A DNA stretch of 64,000 nt, taken from assembly GCA_047285805.1 (NCBI GenBank), contig JBJBCN010000002.1:448001-512000 (forward strand), written 5' to 3'. The notes beneath the pieces were generated by a model. It searched no databases. It was not told the DNA's origin and was given only the letters and a program-made list of their open reading frames with translations. The position numbers and the translations under genes are program-made. Below, piece by piece: positions 49,766 to 61,600 of this stretch (positions are counted from its first letter, which is position 1; every line of letters starts with the position of its first letter). The stretch comes from Synechococcus sp. (GTDB lineage: Bacteria > Cyanobacteriota > Cyanobacteriia > PCC-6307 > Cyanobiaceae).

Positions 49766-50616
49766 TGTCAGCCGCTTCGGCCGCCGTGCAGTGGATCCCC
49801 CAGGGCTCCTATGAGGACATCCTGTTTGATCTGAGCGACGAGGGCATTGCCAGAATCCAGATCAACCGCCCCCAGAAGCGCAACGCGTTCCGTCCGAAGA
49901 CCGTCAGCGAACTCTTTGATGCGTTCTCACGGGTGCGGGACAACCCCAAGGTGGGCGTGGTTCTCTTCAGCGGCGTTGGCCCGGCCTCCGATGGGGGCTA
50001 CGCCTTCTGCGCTGGCGGCGATCAGAGCGTGCGCGGGGACGGTGGCTACATCGGTGACGACGGTCTGCCGCGTCTGAATGTTCTCGATTTGCAGCGGCTG
50101 ATTCGCAGCCTCCCGAAGGTTGTGATCGCCTTGGTGGCGGGCTACGCAATCGGCGGCGGTCAGGTGTTGCACCTGCTCTGTGACCTCAGCCTGGCGGCCG
50201 AGAATGCCCGTTTTGGCCAGACAGGCCCCCGTGTGGGCAGCTTCGACGGCGGCTTTGGTGCTGGTTATCTCGCCAGGGTCGTCGGCCAGCGCAAGGCCCG
50301 GGAGATTTGGTTTCTCTGCCGCCAGTACGGCTCCAAGGAGGCCTTGGAGATGGGCTTGGTGAATGCGGTGGTTCCACTCGATCAGTTGGAGGCGGAGGGT
50401 GTGCTTTGGGCGCGTGAAGTGATGCAACACAGCCCGACGGCGATCCGCTGCCTCAAGGCGGCCTTCAACGCCGAGACGGATGGCCTGGCTGGCATTCAGG
50501 AATTGGCCGGTCAAGCCACTCATCTCTTCTATCGAACGGAGGAGGGGCAAGAGGGCAGAAATGCCTTTCTGGAGAAGCGCCCCCCTGATTTTTCGGGGTC
50601 CGACTGGCTGCCCTAG
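49765..50616 (+). CDS. menB: 1,4-dihydroxy-2-naphthoyl-CoA synthase
   Basis: [20 protein letters not shown] and EGRNAF; ATG overlaps the menD stop. Confidence 0.97.
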   Translation: MSAASAAVQWIPQGSYEDILFDLSDEGIARIQINRPQKRNAFRPKTVSELFDAFSRVRDNPKVGVVLFSGVGPASDGGYAFCAGGDQSVRGDGGYIGDDGLPRLNVLDLQRLIRSLPKVVIALVAGYAIGGGQVLHLLCDLSLAAENARFGQTGPRVGSFDGGFGAGYLARVVGQRKAREIWFLCRQYGSKEALEMGLVNAVVPLDQLEAEGVLWAREVMQHSPTAIRCLKAAFNAETDGLAGIQELAGQATHLFYRTEEGQEGRNAFLEKRPPDFSGSDWLP

Positions 50617-50665
50617 CAAAGCCTGAGTCTCGTAGCTAGTCCTGGGTGAGACTGTTTCTTGGTTC

Positions 50666-51271
50666 GTGGTGTTCTCCCGCTCGACCGGCGTTGCCCTCCT
50701 GGCGCCCCTCGCCTTGGCCTTGCTTCCCCAGGTCGCCGAGGCGCGCCAACCGGACCCCATCCCCCCTCCGGCGCCAGTTATCAGTGATGCGGTGGCCCTC
50801 TCGCGCATTCCCGTTGAGCTCAAGAGCCAGGAGGGTCTGCACCTGGTCCTGGATCGCCAGACCCGGCAGCTGATGGTGATGAAGGACGGCCGCATGCTGC
50901 ACCGTTATCCGGCCGCAGTCGGCACGGACGGTTGGGAAACCCCCGCCGGTACTCATCGGGTTCTCCAGAAAGTGGCCAAGCCGGTTTGGCAGCATCCGGG
51001 CAATGGAAGCCAGGTGGGGCAAGGCCCGAAGAATCCACTCGGGTCCCGCTGGATTGGCTTCCACCGCAATTGCACCCCGAAGGAAAACGCCTGGGACGGT
51101 GAGCGCTATCTCAGCGTGAATGGCTGCACGGTGGCGGGATTCCATGGCACTCCCCATCGCTGGACTGTCGGTCGCGCCGTTTCCCACGGTTGCGTGCGCC
51201 TGTACGAGGAAAACGTCCAGGAAGTGTTTGAGCTCGTCGAAGTCGGCACCTTGGTGACGGTTCTTCCCTGA
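50666..51271 (+). CDS. L,D-transpeptidase (YkuD family)
   Basis: Signal peptide; [13 protein letters not shown] and FHGT...SHGCVRL motifs. Confidence 0.93.
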   Translation: MVFSRSTGVALLAPLALALLPQVAEARQPDPIPPPAPVISDAVALSRIPVELKSQEGLHLVLDRQTRQLMVMKDGRMLHRYPAAVGTDGWETPAGTHRVLQKVAKPVWQHPGNGSQVGQGPKNPLGSRWIGFHRNCTPKENAWDGERYLSVNGCTVAGFHGTPHRWTVGRAVSHGCVRLYEENVQEVFELVEVGTLVTVLP

Positions 51272-51312
51272 ACACTGCCCGTAAAGTTGCCCCCACTTGC
51301 GAACCCATCGCC

Positions 51313-52839
51313 ATGCGGGTGCTCTTTGCTGCGGCTGAATGTGCACCGATGGTCAAGGTGGGCGGGATGGGCGATGTAGTCGGCTCCCTGCCCCCGGCCT
51401 TGGCCCCGCTGGGCCATGACGTTCGCCTGATCATGCCCGGCTATGGCCGGCTCTGGAGCCTGCTGCAGATCCCCGGTGAACCCGTCTGGCGGGGGCACAC
51501 CATGGGTACGGATTTTGCGGTGTTTGAGACCCGCCACCCCAGCAATGGCTTGCCCCTTTACCTGGTGGGCCATCCCGTCTTTGACCCCGAGCGGATCTAT
51601 GGCGGTGAGGACGAGGACTGGCGCTTCACTTTCTTCGCTAGTGCTGTGTCTGAATTCGCCTGGCACCACTGGAAGCCCGACATCCTTCACTGCCATGACT
51701 GGCACACCGGCATGATTCCGGTCTGGATGCATCAGGACGCTGAGATCAGCACGGTCTTCACCATCCACAACCTCAAGTACCAAGGACCTTGGCGCTGGAA
51801 GTTGGATCGGATGACGTGGTGCCCCTGGTACATGCAAGGGGATCACACGATGGCGGCGGCGTTGCTCTATGCGGACCGAGTAAACGCGGTCTCCCCGACC
51901 TATGCCCAGGAGATCCGCACGCCTGAGTACGGCGAAAAGCTAGATGGCTTGCTGAACTTCGTTAGCGGCAAGTTACGCGGCATCCTTAACGGCATCGATC
52001 AGGCCGCCTGGGACCCGTCCACCGATAAGACCTTGCCCGCCAATTTCTCGGCGGACGATCTTTCCGGCCGTGCCGCCTGCAAGCGCGCCCTGCAGGAACG
52101 GATGGGCCTCACGGTCAATCCCGACACCTACCTCATGGGTGTCGTCAGCCGTCTGGTGGATCAAAAGGGCATCGACCTGTTGCTGCAGGTCTCGGATCGG
52201 GTCTTGGCCTATTCCGACAGTCAGATCGTGGTGCTGGGGACGGGTGATCGCAACCTGGAGGCCGGCCTCTGGCAGATGGCGTCCCGTTACCCCGGGCGCT
52301 TCGCTGTGTTCCTTACCTATGACGATGCGCTCTCGCGTTTGATCTACGCAGGTAGCGATTCCTTCTTGATGCCGAGTCTCTTTGAGCCGTGTGGCATAAG
52401 TCAGCTCTTGGCCATGCGCTATGGCTCCATCCCCGTGGTGCGGCGCGTTGGCGGGCTTGTGGATACCGTTCCGCCCCATGACCCCAATGGCCACTCCGGG
52501 ACAGGCTTCGGTTTCGATCGCTACGAGCCCCTCGACTTTTACACCTCGATCGTTCGTTCCTGGGAGGCCTATCGCCATCGCCAGAGTTGGGCCGAGTTGC
52601 AACGGCGGGCCATGCAGGCCAACTTCAGTTGGGATCGTTCCGCCCTGGAGTACGACCGGATGTACAAGGAGGTCAAAGGGGTAAAGGAACCCACTCCCGA
52701 TGCCCAAGCCGTGGAGCAGTTCTCCTTGGGGCAACAGGCTGATCCCAGTCGCCAAGGCGTCGACCAGGCTCCGGAAGCCGAGGCCACTTCGGGTCTACGC
52801 AATCGCCTGTCACTACTGCGCCGGCGGAGCAGCCGCTGA
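51313..52839 (+). CDS. glgA: Glycogen synthase
   Basis: [22 protein letters not shown] and GGLVDTV motifs. Confidence 0.97.
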   Translation: MRVLFAAAECAPMVKVGGMGDVVGSLPPALAPLGHDVRLIMPGYGRLWSLLQIPGEPVWRGHTMGTDFAVFETRHPSNGLPLYLVGHPVFDPERIYGGEDEDWRFTFFASAVSEFAWHHWKPDILHCHDWHTGMIPVWMHQDAEISTVFTIHNLKYQGPWRWKLDRMTWCPWYMQGDHTMAAALLYADRVNAVSPTYAQEIRTPEYGEKLDGLLNFVSGKLRGILNGIDQAAWDPSTDKTLPANFSADDLSGRAACKRALQERMGLTVNPDTYLMGVVSRLVDQKGIDLLLQVSDRVLAYSDSQIVVLGTGDRNLEAGLWQMASRYPGRFAVFLTYDDALSRLIYAGSDSFLMPSLFEPCGISQLLAMRYGSIPVVRRVGGLVDTVPPHDPNGHSGTGFGFDRYEPLDFYTSIVRSWEAYRHRQSWAELQRRAMQANFSWDRSALEYDRMYKEVKGVKEPTPDAQAVEQFSLGQQADPSRQGVDQAPEAEATSGLRNRLSLLRRRSSR

Positions 52840-53606
52840 GGACACCCCCGCCCACGGAAGACCGGCGCAGCGAACTTCCTGCGCCCTACCGGAATCCTTG
52901 GGGTGCTCTGGCCGAGGACCTTCGTGCCGTCCGTGCCGACGTCTGGTTGCGTGGCCGGGAGCTTTGGCGGCGCAATCGCCAGGGGACCTTGCCGTCACCC
53001 GCTTGGTGGCCGGCTGATCTGGCCCCCTTGTTTTGGCCGGCCCTGATCCTGCTGCTGGTTGCTGTTTTGGCAAGCGCGTTGACCGCGTTGCTCAGGGTTT
53101 GGCCTCAACCTCCAGATCCTGTGGAGCGATCGGTTCCTGCCGCTGTAGTTGAGGACGTGCCCGAGCCGCTGCCGGGCCCGATGCCGATCAGTGAGCCACC
53201 GGCTGTTGCCCCTCCGCTGGAGGAGATCGTTCTGGAGCGACCCGAGGAGAGGACCCCTGAGCTTGACGCCAGCGTCTTGGAGCGAGAAGGCCAGGAAACA
53301 GAGGGCCTTGAGGGACCGTTTGCACCGGATCCACTACTGGAACTCGTGCAGCGACCGGAAGCCGATGGCCTCCTGGTCCAGGCGGAGGGCTTCGCCGAGC
53401 AATCTCTTTTGATCCTGCAGGTGCGACCGGCATTCCCCGCGTTGAGTCCCCAGGAGCAGTGGCGCCGCGCTGAGCTCTGGCAACAATGGGCACTGGACTT
53501 GGGCTACGACCATCTCGAACTGCGCGATTCCCGCGCTGGCCTCATCTCCCGTGATGCCCTGGTGGGTGAGGGCATGATCTTGCTGAGTGATTCGTCGTCC
53601 AGCTAA
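52836..53606 (+). CDS. Membrane-anchored hypothetical protein
   Basis: Single TM, Pro/Glu linker and C-terminal LGYDHLEL...[11 protein letters not shown]. The frame is open upstream of the tracked start (52947) to a CTG at 52836. Confidence 0.65.
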   Translation: MRTPPPTEDRRSELPAPYRNPWGALAEDLRAVRADVWLRGRELWRRNRQGTLPSPAWWPADLAPLFWPALILLLVAVLASALTALLRVWPQPPDPVERSVPAAVVEDVPEPLPGPMPISEPPAVAPPLEEIVLERPEERTPELDASVLEREGQETEGLEGPFAPDPLLELVQRPEADGLLVQAEGFAEQSLLILQVRPAFPALSPQEQWRRAELWQQWALDLGYDHLELRDSRAGLISRDALVGEGMILLSDSSSS

Positions 53607-53610
53607 TCCG

Positions 53611-54969
53611 ATGCAGTTTGGCGCTCTGATTGCCCGATGGGGAGACCCGCAGGGCGCCTCAACCGGATGGGATCCCGACGCGGTTGCTGGCTCTATTTGC
53701 ACCGATAGCCGCAACTTGGCGGCTGGACAACTGTTTGTCCCTTTGGTGGGTGAGCACTTTGATGGCCATACCTTTTTGGCCGAGGCGGTCGCGACGGGTG
53801 CCCAAGCCGCGATCGTCCAGCGGGACCGGAAGGACCTGGTTCCGGAAGGGCTGCTCCACTGGCTCGTCGATGACACACTGGAGGCCTACCAGCAGTTGGC
53901 GTTGCTCCACCGTCAGCAACTGGGCGCTCCGGTGGTTGCCGTCACGGGCTCGGCCGGGAAGACCACAACCCGCGAACTGATTCGCTCCGCATTGCGGCCC
54001 CTGGGGCCGGTGCAAGTCAGCCAGGGCAACGAAAACAACGACATCGGGGTTCCGCTCACCTTGCTCAATGCAGGGGAACACCACCGGGCGGTGGTCGTTG
54101 AAATGGGGATGCGGGGACTGGGGGAGATTGAACGCCTGAGCCACACGGCGGCTCCGGACGTGGCCGTGGTGACCAATGTCGGGACTGCCCATATCGGGCG
54201 GCTCGGCAGCCGTGAGGCGATTGCCCAGGCCAAGTTGGAAATCACGGCCGGCCTGCAAGAGGACGGACTGCTGGTGGTGCCTGCCGGTGATCCCCTGCTT
54301 GAGGCGGCCCTTGCGCGGGTCTGGTCCGGCCGGGTGGCCCGGATCGCCTTGGCCGATGAGGACGGCGTTGCAGACGCCGATTTGATCGGCGACTGGGATT
54401 ACGGACAAGGCGTGATCGGTGTCAAGGGATCACGCCTACACGTGCCGCTCGATGGTCGCCACAACGCCCGCAATCTTCTCCTGGCCCTCGCAGTGGCCAC
54501 TGAACTGGGTGTGCCCCTTGGCGAGCTCACGCAGATGGAGGTGGATGTTCCAGGGGGGCGAAATCGACGGTTGCAGCTCGGTGGCTTGACCCTGCTGGAT
54601 GAGACCTACAACGCCTCTCCAGAAGCTGTCTTGGCGGCCTTGGATCTTCTGGCGGCCCAGCCCGGCCGCCGCTTTGCGGTCCTTGGCACCATGCTGGAAA
54701 TGGGGGATCAGAGCGTGGCCCTGCACCGCCAAGTCGCAGAGCGCGCAGCGGGCTTGGGCCTCGACGGTTTGGTGATCGTCGCGAGCGGTGCGGAAGCCCA
54801 GGCCATGGCCGAGGCCGCCGCGCCCCTTGCTCGACTGGAGGTTGTGGCCCAACCCGATCTCGCAGCGGCCCCGCTGGCGCGATGGCTTTCGACAGGAGAT
54901 GTGCTGCTCCTGAAGGCGAGCCGTGGTGTTGCATTGGAGCGCCTAATCCCTCTACTTCCTGAGGTTTGA
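53611..54969 (+). CDS. murF: UDP-MurNAc-tripeptide--D-Ala-D-Ala ligase
   Basis: TDSR, TGSAGKTT, EMGM, DETYNASP and KASRG motifs. Confidence 0.96.
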   Translation: MQFGALIARWGDPQGASTGWDPDAVAGSICTDSRNLAAGQLFVPLVGEHFDGHTFLAEAVATGAQAAIVQRDRKDLVPEGLLHWLVDDTLEAYQQLALLHRQQLGAPVVAVTGSAGKTTTRELIRSALRPLGPVQVSQGNENNDIGVPLTLLNAGEHHRAVVVEMGMRGLGEIERLSHTAAPDVAVVTNVGTAHIGRLGSREAIAQAKLEITAGLQEDGLLVVPAGDPLLEAALARVWSGRVARIALADEDGVADADLIGDWDYGQGVIGVKGSRLHVPLDGRHNARNLLLALAVATELGVPLGELTQMEVDVPGGRNRRLQLGGLTLLDETYNASPEAVLAALDLLAAQPGRRFAVLGTMLEMGDQSVALHRQVAERAAGLGLDGLVIVASGAEAQAMAEAAAPLARLEVVAQPDLAAAPLARWLSTGDVLLLKASRGVALERLIPLLPEV

Positions 54970-54998
54970 GCCAGGCTGGCCTCAGCGCTGGGGCCAGC

Positions 54999-55649
54999 AT
55001 GCAATTTAATCTCAAGAGCCGCCTTCAATCCCTGAAGCTGGTTTCAGGGCTCGCGACGTTTCTGAAGAACCCCGAATCCCTCGAGGGGGTGTTTGCGGTG
55101 AGCCGCAGCCTCCAGAACAGCTCCCTGTCGGTGCAGATGTTTCGCCATCTGCTTATGAACCCCGAGTTAGCGGCCCTGGTGCAGGAGAACTGGCGTCCTG
55201 GAGAGGTTGATCTTGATGCCTTGCTGGCGCTTCCGGAGGGGAGCTTGGGGCATGTCTACGCCCACCAGCTCCGCTCCCAAGGGCTGACGCCAGAAAGCCT
55301 GATCGATCCCACGCCGGTGCGTTCGCCCGAGGCCTACATCACGCACCGGCTTCGGGAGACCCACGACATCGTCCATGTCCTGACGGGCTTTGGCACCGAT
55401 GGTCCCGGAGAGTTGGGTCTTCAGGCCTTCAACCTTGCCCAGAACCGTTCGCCCCTGGCGGTGATGTTGATCTTTGGCGGGATGCTGAGCTGTCTGCAGA
55501 ACGACGAACCACTCGAGGACCTTCTGGAGGGCCTCTCTCGTGGTTTCGAGATGGGGCTCAAAGCCCGCTGTTTAATCGCTCAAAAACTCGAGGACGGATG
55601 GGACCGCCCGCTGGCGGAGTGGCGCCAAGTGTTGGACCTGCCCGCCTAG
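54999..55649 (+). CDS. Coq4 family protein
   Basis: LPEGSLG and [19 protein letters not shown], which is HDxxH-x11-E. Confidence 0.85.
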   Translation: MQFNLKSRLQSLKLVSGLATFLKNPESLEGVFAVSRSLQNSSLSVQMFRHLLMNPELAALVQENWRPGEVDLDALLALPEGSLGHVYAHQLRSQGLTPESLIDPTPVRSPEAYITHRLRETHDIVHVLTGFGTDGPGELGLQAFNLAQNRSPLAVMLIFGGMLSCLQNDEPLEDLLEGLSRGFEMGLKARCLIAQKLEDGWDRPLAEWRQVLDLPA

Positions 55650-56986
55650 GACCAGTCCTCCTTCACGAGCTGCTTGGCTCGGCCCAAGGCCAAGGCCCCT
55701 GCGGGCACGTCCTTGGTCAGGGTCGAACCAGCCCCCACCGTCACGTTAGCCCCCAGGGTGATCGGCGCGACCAGCACGGAGTTCGCGCCAGTCTTGCTGC
55801 CCGCACCAATCACGGTCTTGTGCTTGTTGACCCCGTCGTAGTTCGCGGTGATGGTCCCTGCGCCGACGTTGACCTGTTCACCGAGCTGGGCGTCGCCGAT
55901 GTAGCTGAGGTGATTTACCTTGCTGCCTGCGGCGATCTGGCTCTTCTTGATCTCGACGAAGTTGCCGATCCGGCAGTCGTTGGCGAGTTCACTTCCTGGC
56001 CTGAGCTGGGCATAGGGGCCAACGGAGCAGCGATCGGCCACGACGGCATCGCGGAGGACCGAATAGAGCACCTCCACCTCTTCGCCCAGGCTCACGTTCT
56101 CGAGGAAGCTCCCGGGGCCAATCCGGCATCCCCGGCCGACCGAAGTGCTGCCGCGGAAATGGCATTGGGGTTCGACCACGACATCGCGTCCAAAACGGGT
56201 TCCGTTGCTGAGGGTGCAGCTATCCGGGTCGACAAAGGTCACGCCTTCGGCCATCCAATGGCGGCGGAGCCGTTGCTGGATCACCGCTTCGCATTGGGCC
56301 AGCTGGTAGCGGTCGTTGATGCCGCTGATCTCATCGGCATCGCCGACCTCCAGGTGCATGGCCGGGCTGAGCATGGCCACGGTGTCCGTGAGATACAGCT
56401 CCCCTTGGTCGTTGTCAGTGCTGAGTTGAGGCAGAACCGCGGCCAGCTTCGACCAGTTGAAGCAATAAATCCCGGCGTTGGTGAGGGTGTTGGCCCGCTG
56501 TTCTTCGCTGCAGTCGCGGTGCTCGACGATGGCGGATACCTGGCCGCTGGAATCCGCGAAGACACGGCCGTAGCCGGTTGGATCTGAAAGCCGTGCCGTC
56601 AGGAGGGTCACCGCCGCTTGGGAGCTGCGGTGCTGCTCGAGGAGTGCTGTGATCGTCTTCTCCATCAGCAGGGGAACATCGCCATTGAGGACGAGCAGAT
56701 CACCCTCAAAGTCCACCAGGGGCGCCAGCAGCTGCTGGACGGCATGGCCGGTGCCGTTCTGAGGCTGCTGCAGCACAAATTCCAGCCCGGCGTGGTGGCT
56801 CAGGGACTGCTCGACCCGCTCGGCTTGGTGCCCCACGATCAGGATTTGGCGCTGGGGCTCAAGGGCTCGGCAGCTGCCGAGCACGCGCTCCACAAGGGTG
56901 GCCCCCGCCAGGGGTTGCAGGACCTTGGGCAGGTCGCTCTTCATGCGGGTGCCCTTTCCGGCGGCCAATACGGCAACGGCGAGCAT
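55646..56986 (-). CDS. glmU: Bifunctional GlmU
   Basis: [21 protein letters not shown], hexapeptide repeats and GNFVEIK; start ATG 56986. Confidence 0.97.
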   Translation of the reverse strand: MLAVAVLAAGKGTRMKSDLPKVLQPLAGATLVERVLGSCRALEPQRQILIVGHQAERVEQSLSHHAGLEFVLQQPQNGTGHAVQQLLAPLVDFEGDLLVLNGDVPLLMEKTITALLEQHRSSQAAVTLLTARLSDPTGYGRVFADSSGQVSAIVEHRDCSEEQRANTLTNAGIYCFNWSKLAAVLPQLSTDNDQGELYLTDTVAMLSPAMHLEVGDADEISGINDRYQLAQCEAVIQQRLRRHWMAEGVTFVDPDSCTLSNGTRFGRDVVVEPQCHFRGSTSVGRGCRIGPGSFLENVSLGEEVEVLYSVLRDAVVADRCSVGPYAQLRPGSELANDCRIGNFVEIKKSQIAAGSKVNHLSYIGDAQLGEQVNVGAGTITANYDGVNKHKTVIGAGSKTGANSVLVAPITLGANVTVGAGSTLTKDVPAGALALGRAKQLVKEDWS

Positions 56987-57014
56987 CGGCAAGGGCGGGT
57001 AGCTGAGCGGGAAT

Positions 57015-57917
57015 CTACTGGTGGTTGCCCGCAAGTCCCCACCGCCGCCGCCAGGCGCTGGTGCCCTCGACGTTGCCCTCTTGCATCGCCTTGGCTTGGG
57101 CCTGTTGCCGCCGTTGCAGGATTGTTTTGCGGTCCAGGGTGAAGCCGGGGTCGCGGTAAGGCTCGGCCGCGTTCGTGAGCAGATGTTCCTCCTCCATCGC
57201 GGTGAGTGGACGAAGGCGAGGGCTGGAGGGCAAGGGGGATGGGCTCGCTGCGGTACCGCCACTCCAGTCCTGTTGGTGCTGTTGCAGTCCGCAGCGGGCC
57301 TCGATCGTGGCCAGTTCCAGGCCCGCAAGCAGCAGGCCTTGGCGCACGGCTGCGGCACTGCAATAGGTCAGCAATAGCCCCTTGGGCTGCAGCAGGCTGC
57401 CAAGTGCCCCCAGAAATTCAACGCTCCACAACTGGGGACAGCGGCTGGGTGAGAAGGCATCCATCAGCAGCAGATCGAATTGCCCCTGCCGCTGCTCCAC
57501 CAGCTGTTGGACCGTCTGCCGAGCATCTCCCCAGAGCATGCCCGGACTGCCGCAGAGCTCCTGGAGCCGCGCCAGCGTGCCTGGTTGCCACTGGCTGCAG
57601 AAGGCTGGGCTCGCCAGGGCCTGCGCGAATGGTTCCCGATCGAGTTCAAGTCCCCACCACTCCAGGGTGAGGCCATGGCCGCCGCAGCCCTCGATCAGTG
57701 CCGCGGTGTTGCAGCCGGTCCCAACACAGACATCGAGAACCAGCAGGCTGCTCCCTTGTTCAAAACGCTCGAGGCCGGCCGGCTCGACAAACTTTTCGCG
57801 TGCTTCCGTTAGGGCACCGCGGCTGCTGTGAAAGGCTTCGCCAAACTCCGGGCTGAACAGGCTGAAGCTGCCGTCAGCGGTGCTGCGGGGCTCAAGCTTG
57901 AAGTCGTTCGAGGTCAT
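57015..57917 (-). CDS. MnmC-type (MnmD-like) SAM methyltransferase domain protein
   Basis: [10 protein letters not shown]...[27 protein letters not shown] and TYCSA motifs. Confidence 0.85.
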   Translation of the reverse strand: MTSNDFKLEPRSTADGSFSLFSPEFGEAFHSSRGALTEAREKFVEPAGLERFEQGSSLLVLDVCVGTGCNTAALIEGCGGHGLTLEWWGLELDREPFAQALASPAFCSQWQPGTLARLQELCGSPGMLWGDARQTVQQLVEQRQGQFDLLLMDAFSPSRCPQLWSVEFLGALGSLLQPKGLLLTYCSAAAVRQGLLLAGLELATIEARCGLQQHQQDWSGGTAASPSPLPSSPRLRPLTAMEEEHLLTNAAEPYRDPGFTLDRKTILQRRQQAQAKAMQEGNVEGTSAWRRRWGLAGNHQ

Positions 57918-59199
57918 CCCAGAAGCCGGGGTAGGACACCGCTGCCGCCTCCGGACGATGGATGGTGGTGGCACTGCTCGCGATCTGTGCTGCGACGGCC
58001 AGGCTCATGGCGACGCGGTGATCGGTTTCGCTGTCGACCTCCGCGCCTTGCAGCTGGATGCCACCCTGAATCGTCATCCCGTCTGGGAACTCTTCGATCT
58101 GGGCCCCCATGGCCCCGAGTTGACGGGCCATGACTGCCAGACGATCGGTTTCTTTAACGCGGAGTTCCTCGGCACCCGTCACCCGGCTGAGTCCCTCGGC
58201 GCAGCATGCCGCGGCAGCCAGCACGGGGATTTCATCCACCAGCCGTGGAATTAGGTCAGCGCCGATGTTGAACGCCTTCAGCGGACCGTGCAGTACGCGC
58301 AGATCCCCGACGGGTTCGCCTGCCGCATCCCGGGCATTGAGCACCTCAATGCGAGCCCCCATCTGCTCGAGGACATCCAGGATTCCGGTGCGGGTGGGGT
58401 TGAGACCGACGTTCTCGATCGTCAGATCAGCGCCTGGGGTGATCGCCCCGGCTACCAACCAGAAGGCGGCCGAACTGATGTCTCCAGGAACTATGACGTG
58501 CTGTCCCTTGAGGGTGGAGCCCGGCACAACGGTGACCTTGGTCTGCCCCGGGCCCCCCACAGTCAGCTCGGCACCGAAGGCGCGCAACATCCGCTCGCTG
58601 TGATCCCGGCTCTGGACCGGCTCGATGACCGTCGTTGGACCATCGGCCGACAGCGCAGCCAGAAGGATGGCGCTCTTTACCTGGGCGGAGGCGACCGGGG
58701 TGCGGATGGTGGTCCCTTTCAGTTGACGGCCCTCGATGGCCAGGGGAGCCAGGTTCCCGCCAGCGCGTCCGTGGATGGAGGCTCCCATTTCAGAGAGGGG
58801 CCCCCCGACCCGTTTCATCGGCCTGCGCCGCAGGGAGTCATCACCGGTGACGACGAAATGGCGACCCCTGCGGCCCGCCAACAGCCCCAGCATCAGGCGC
58901 ATGGTGGTGCCGGAGTTGCCGCAATCCAGGACGCTCTTCGGTTCCTGAAAACCATCTAGGCCCACGCCTTGGACGACGACGGTCTGACCAGCTTCGTTTA
59001 TAGACACCTCGACCCCCATCGCCCGCAGGCAGGCGGCGGTGCTGAGGGGGTCCTCAGCGGGAAGCAGTCCTTCGATTCGGGTCGTTCCTTCCGCGATGGC
59101 CCCAAACAGCAGGGCGCGGTGGGAGATCGACTTGTCCCCGGGGACTCGCACGTGTCCCTTGAGGCTGCGACCGGTGGTGGTGCCCAGGGCGAGGGACAT
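57892..59199 (-). CDS. aroA: EPSP synthase
   Basis: [33 protein letters not shown] and DHRVAM motifs. Confidence 0.97.
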   Translation of the reverse strand: MSLALGTTTGRSLKGHVRVPGDKSISHRALLFGAIAEGTTRIEGLLPAEDPLSTAACLRAMGVEVSINEAGQTVVVQGVGLDGFQEPKSVLDCGNSGTTMRLMLGLLAGRRGRHFVVTGDDSLRRRPMKRVGGPLSEMGASIHGRAGGNLAPLAIEGRQLKGTTIRTPVASAQVKSAILLAALSADGPTTVIEPVQSRDHSERMLRAFGAELTVGGPGQTKVTVVPGSTLKGQHVIVPGDISSAAFWLVAGAITPGADLTIENVGLNPTRTGILDVLEQMGARIEVLNARDAAGEPVGDLRVLHGPLKAFNIGADLIPRLVDEIPVLAAAACCAEGLSRVTGAEELRVKETDRLAVMARQLGAMGAQIEEFPDGMTIQGGIQLQGAEVDSETDHRVAMSLAVAAQIASSATTIHRPEAAAVSYPGFWDDLERLQA

Positions 59200-59285
59200 G
59201 GAGAACTGTTTGGTTTCAGCGAGCGTAGGAACTGATCAAAACCGGACACCCTCGCCAGACTTAGGCCACCCCACAGAACGGGTCC

Positions 59286-59537
59286 ATGGCTGAGCAACTC
59301 AACTCTCTCTTTGGCTTTCTCGCTCTGATCCAGGACAACCCAGAGCTTCGGGCCCGTCTTAATGAGGTCTGCACCGCGGACGAGGTGGCCGCGATTGCCG
59401 GGGAGCACGGTCACGTTTTTGAGGCATCGACCCTCGTGGGCCTCTTTGAACGCTGCAATGAGGCCCCTGTGGCCCGTTCAGGACTGATGGACGAAAAGCT
59501 GATCCGCCTCTATCTGCAACGGGAAGCGCTGCGTTAA
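59286..59537 (+). CDS. Nif11-like leader domain protein
   Basis: FLALIQDNPELRARL...ADEVAAIAGEHGHVF matches the Nif11 pattern. Confidence 0.75.
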   Translation: MAEQLNSLFGFLALIQDNPELRARLNEVCTADEVAAIAGEHGHVFEASTLVGLFERCNEAPVARSGLMDEKLIRLYLQREALR

Positions 59538-59968
59538 CCCAGCATCAGGCCGCCTTCATTACTGAGGCACTCCTGCCAGCTCTGAAGGTCAAACAGCAGT
59601 TCCTGGAGCGTCAGTTGCTTGAGCTCGCGGTCTAAAGCGGTTTGCAGGCGTTTTCCCATGCTGCTGAGCACCTGCTGCTCCGCGCGGCTGCTATCCCCAG
59701 GCCCGTTCAGCGTGAGGGGCGCTCCCACGGCGCTGAGGACCTCGCCAACCGGAATCGATTCAGCCGCTCGGCTCAACCGGTAGCCCCCCTGACGGCCCCT
59801 TTTGGCCTCCACGAGCTCGGCTCGGCGTAATTGCAGGAGCAGTTGCTCGAGCATCGGAGCGGGAAGGCCCTGGGCTTCGGCGATGTCGCTGACCGAGCAC
59901 CACTGGGGACTGGCCATGGCCAGGTGCAGCAACGCCTGCAGTGCCTGGAGGCCAGAGCGCCGCAACAT
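59534..59968 (-). CDS. Rrf2 family transcriptional regulator
   Basis: IAEAQGLPAPMLEQLL and AKRGRQGGYRL motifs. Confidence 0.92.
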   Translation of the reverse strand: MLRRSGLQALQALLHLAMASPQWCSVSDIAEAQGLPAPMLEQLLLQLRRAELVEAKRGRQGGYRLSRAAESIPVGEVLSAVGAPLTLNGPGDSSRAEQQVLSSMGKRLQTALDRELKQLTLQELLFDLQSWQECLSNEGGLMLG

Positions 59969-59971
59969 CGC

Positions 59972-61537
59972 CTAGGCCGGCCGTTGCAGGCGTTCAAGAA
60001 CCTGTTCGATGACGTAGCCAAACAGGGCCGGGTCGGGCTCCTGTTGACCGACATCGGCGAGCCCCAGTTCCTCCCAGCGCGCATCCAGGCGCGCTTCCAG
60101 CTCTGCGGGCCGTCGCAAGGGCTCTCCCCAAGGGTGGTTGCGCTCGGGCCCCACCTTGGTGGTGGCATCAATCGCGAGGCGTCCCCCCAGTCCAAGCTGC
60201 TCGCTGGCGAAATCCAGGGTGTCGAAGGGGGTGTTCTCTAGGACAAAAAGATCACGTTGGGGATCCACGAGGGAACTGATTGCCCAGATCACCTGTCTGG
60301 GATCGCGAATATTGATCGATTTGTCGACTACAACGACAAACTTGGTGTAGGTGAATTGCGGCAGAGCACTCCAAAAGGCCATGGCCGCCCGCTTCGCCTG
60401 GCCTGGATAGGCCTTGTCGATCGCGATCACCGCGAGCTTGTAGCTGAGTCCCTCCATCGGGAGGAAGAAATCAACGATTTCGGGAATTTGTTGACGCAGA
60501 ATCGGCGTATAAATCCGATTCAGAGCGATGGCGAGCATTGCGTCCTCCTTGGGGGGACGGCCGCTGAAGGTCGTGAAGTAGGTCGGATTCCGCCGTTGGG
60601 TGACGCACTGGATGCGCACCAGGGGTGAGGGTTCTACCCCTCCGTAGAAGCCCATGTGATCGCCAAAGGGGCCATCAGCCAGCGCCTCGCCAGGGGTGAT
60701 CTTTCCTTCGAGGACGATTTCGCTGTGGCTTGGCACCTCCAGGTCCAGGGTCTTGCATTTCGCCAGTCGCACGCCCTCTCCGGCGTAGAGGCCAGCAAAC
60801 AGCCATTCGCTCAGCTGCACGGGAATCGGCGTGGCAGCAGCCATCACCAAAAGGGGGTGAACCCCGATGGCGATGGCGATCTCCAGCGGCTTACCAAGGG
60901 CGGAGGCCTTGCGCAGGTGGCGAGCGCCACCGCGCACGCTCAACCAGTGCACTGTCATGGTGTTGATCGACTGCTGTTGCAGCCGGTAGACCCCGACATT
61001 GGGGGTCCCGGTCTCGGGATCCTTGGTGATCACCAGGCCGAGGGTGATGATGCGGCCCGCGTCACCGGGCCAGGGCCTTAGCAGCGGCAGGCGGTCCAGA
61101 TTGACGGCCTCGTCCAGGAAGACCTCCTGCCGACATGGCGGCAGCAGATCCAGGTCGGGCTTGGCCCTGAGCACATCCAGCAGGACCGAGCCAAAGCGGA
61201 TGGCTTCACGCGGTCCCTTCGGTGGCTTGGGCTGCTGCAGCAGCGCTAGGCGCTCCCCGAGGGCTTCGAGCTCCTCGGGCCGCTCCATGCCCATCGACCA
61301 GAGGACCCGCTCCAGGGTCCCCAGCAGATTGACGGCCACCGGAATGCTGGAGCCTTTGACGTTTTCAAAGAGCAGGGCCGGACCGCCACAACCAAGAACC
61401 CGGTCGGCAATCGCCGCAAGTTCGAGATCGGGGTCCACCGGTGCGCTGATCCGGCGCAGTTCCCCCCGCGCTTCGAGCAGTTCGAGGAAGCCCCGGAGAT
61501 CGCGTTGGGATCCAATCGCGTTGGCCGCTGATCCCAT
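59972..61537 (-). CDS. ubiD: UbiD family decarboxylase
   Basis: [31 protein letters not shown] and GRPPKED motifs. Confidence 0.94.
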   Translation of the reverse strand: MGSAANAIGSQRDLRGFLELLEARGELRRISAPVDPDLELAAIADRVLGCGGPALLFENVKGSSIPVAVNLLGTLERVLWSMGMERPEELEALGERLALLQQPKPPKGPREAIRFGSVLLDVLRAKPDLDLLPPCRQEVFLDEAVNLDRLPLLRPWPGDAGRIITLGLVITKDPETGTPNVGVYRLQQQSINTMTVHWLSVRGGARHLRKASALGKPLEIAIAIGVHPLLVMAAATPIPVQLSEWLFAGLYAGEGVRLAKCKTLDLEVPSHSEIVLEGKITPGEALADGPFGDHMGFYGGVEPSPLVRIQCVTQRRNPTYFTTFSGRPPKEDAMLAIALNRIYTPILRQQIPEIVDFFLPMEGLSYKLAVIAIDKAYPGQAKRAAMAFWSALPQFTYTKFVVVVDKSINIRDPRQVIWAISSLVDPQRDLFVLENTPFDTLDFASEQLGLGGRLAIDATTKVGPERNHPWGEPLRRPAELEARLDARWEELGLADVGQQEPDPALFGYVIEQVLERLQRPA

Positions 61538-61600
61538 GGCGCTCTCAACTTTTCAGCAAGTTCTGCCTACTGTGACGCACCCCCTTGTGCCACCGCGGTC

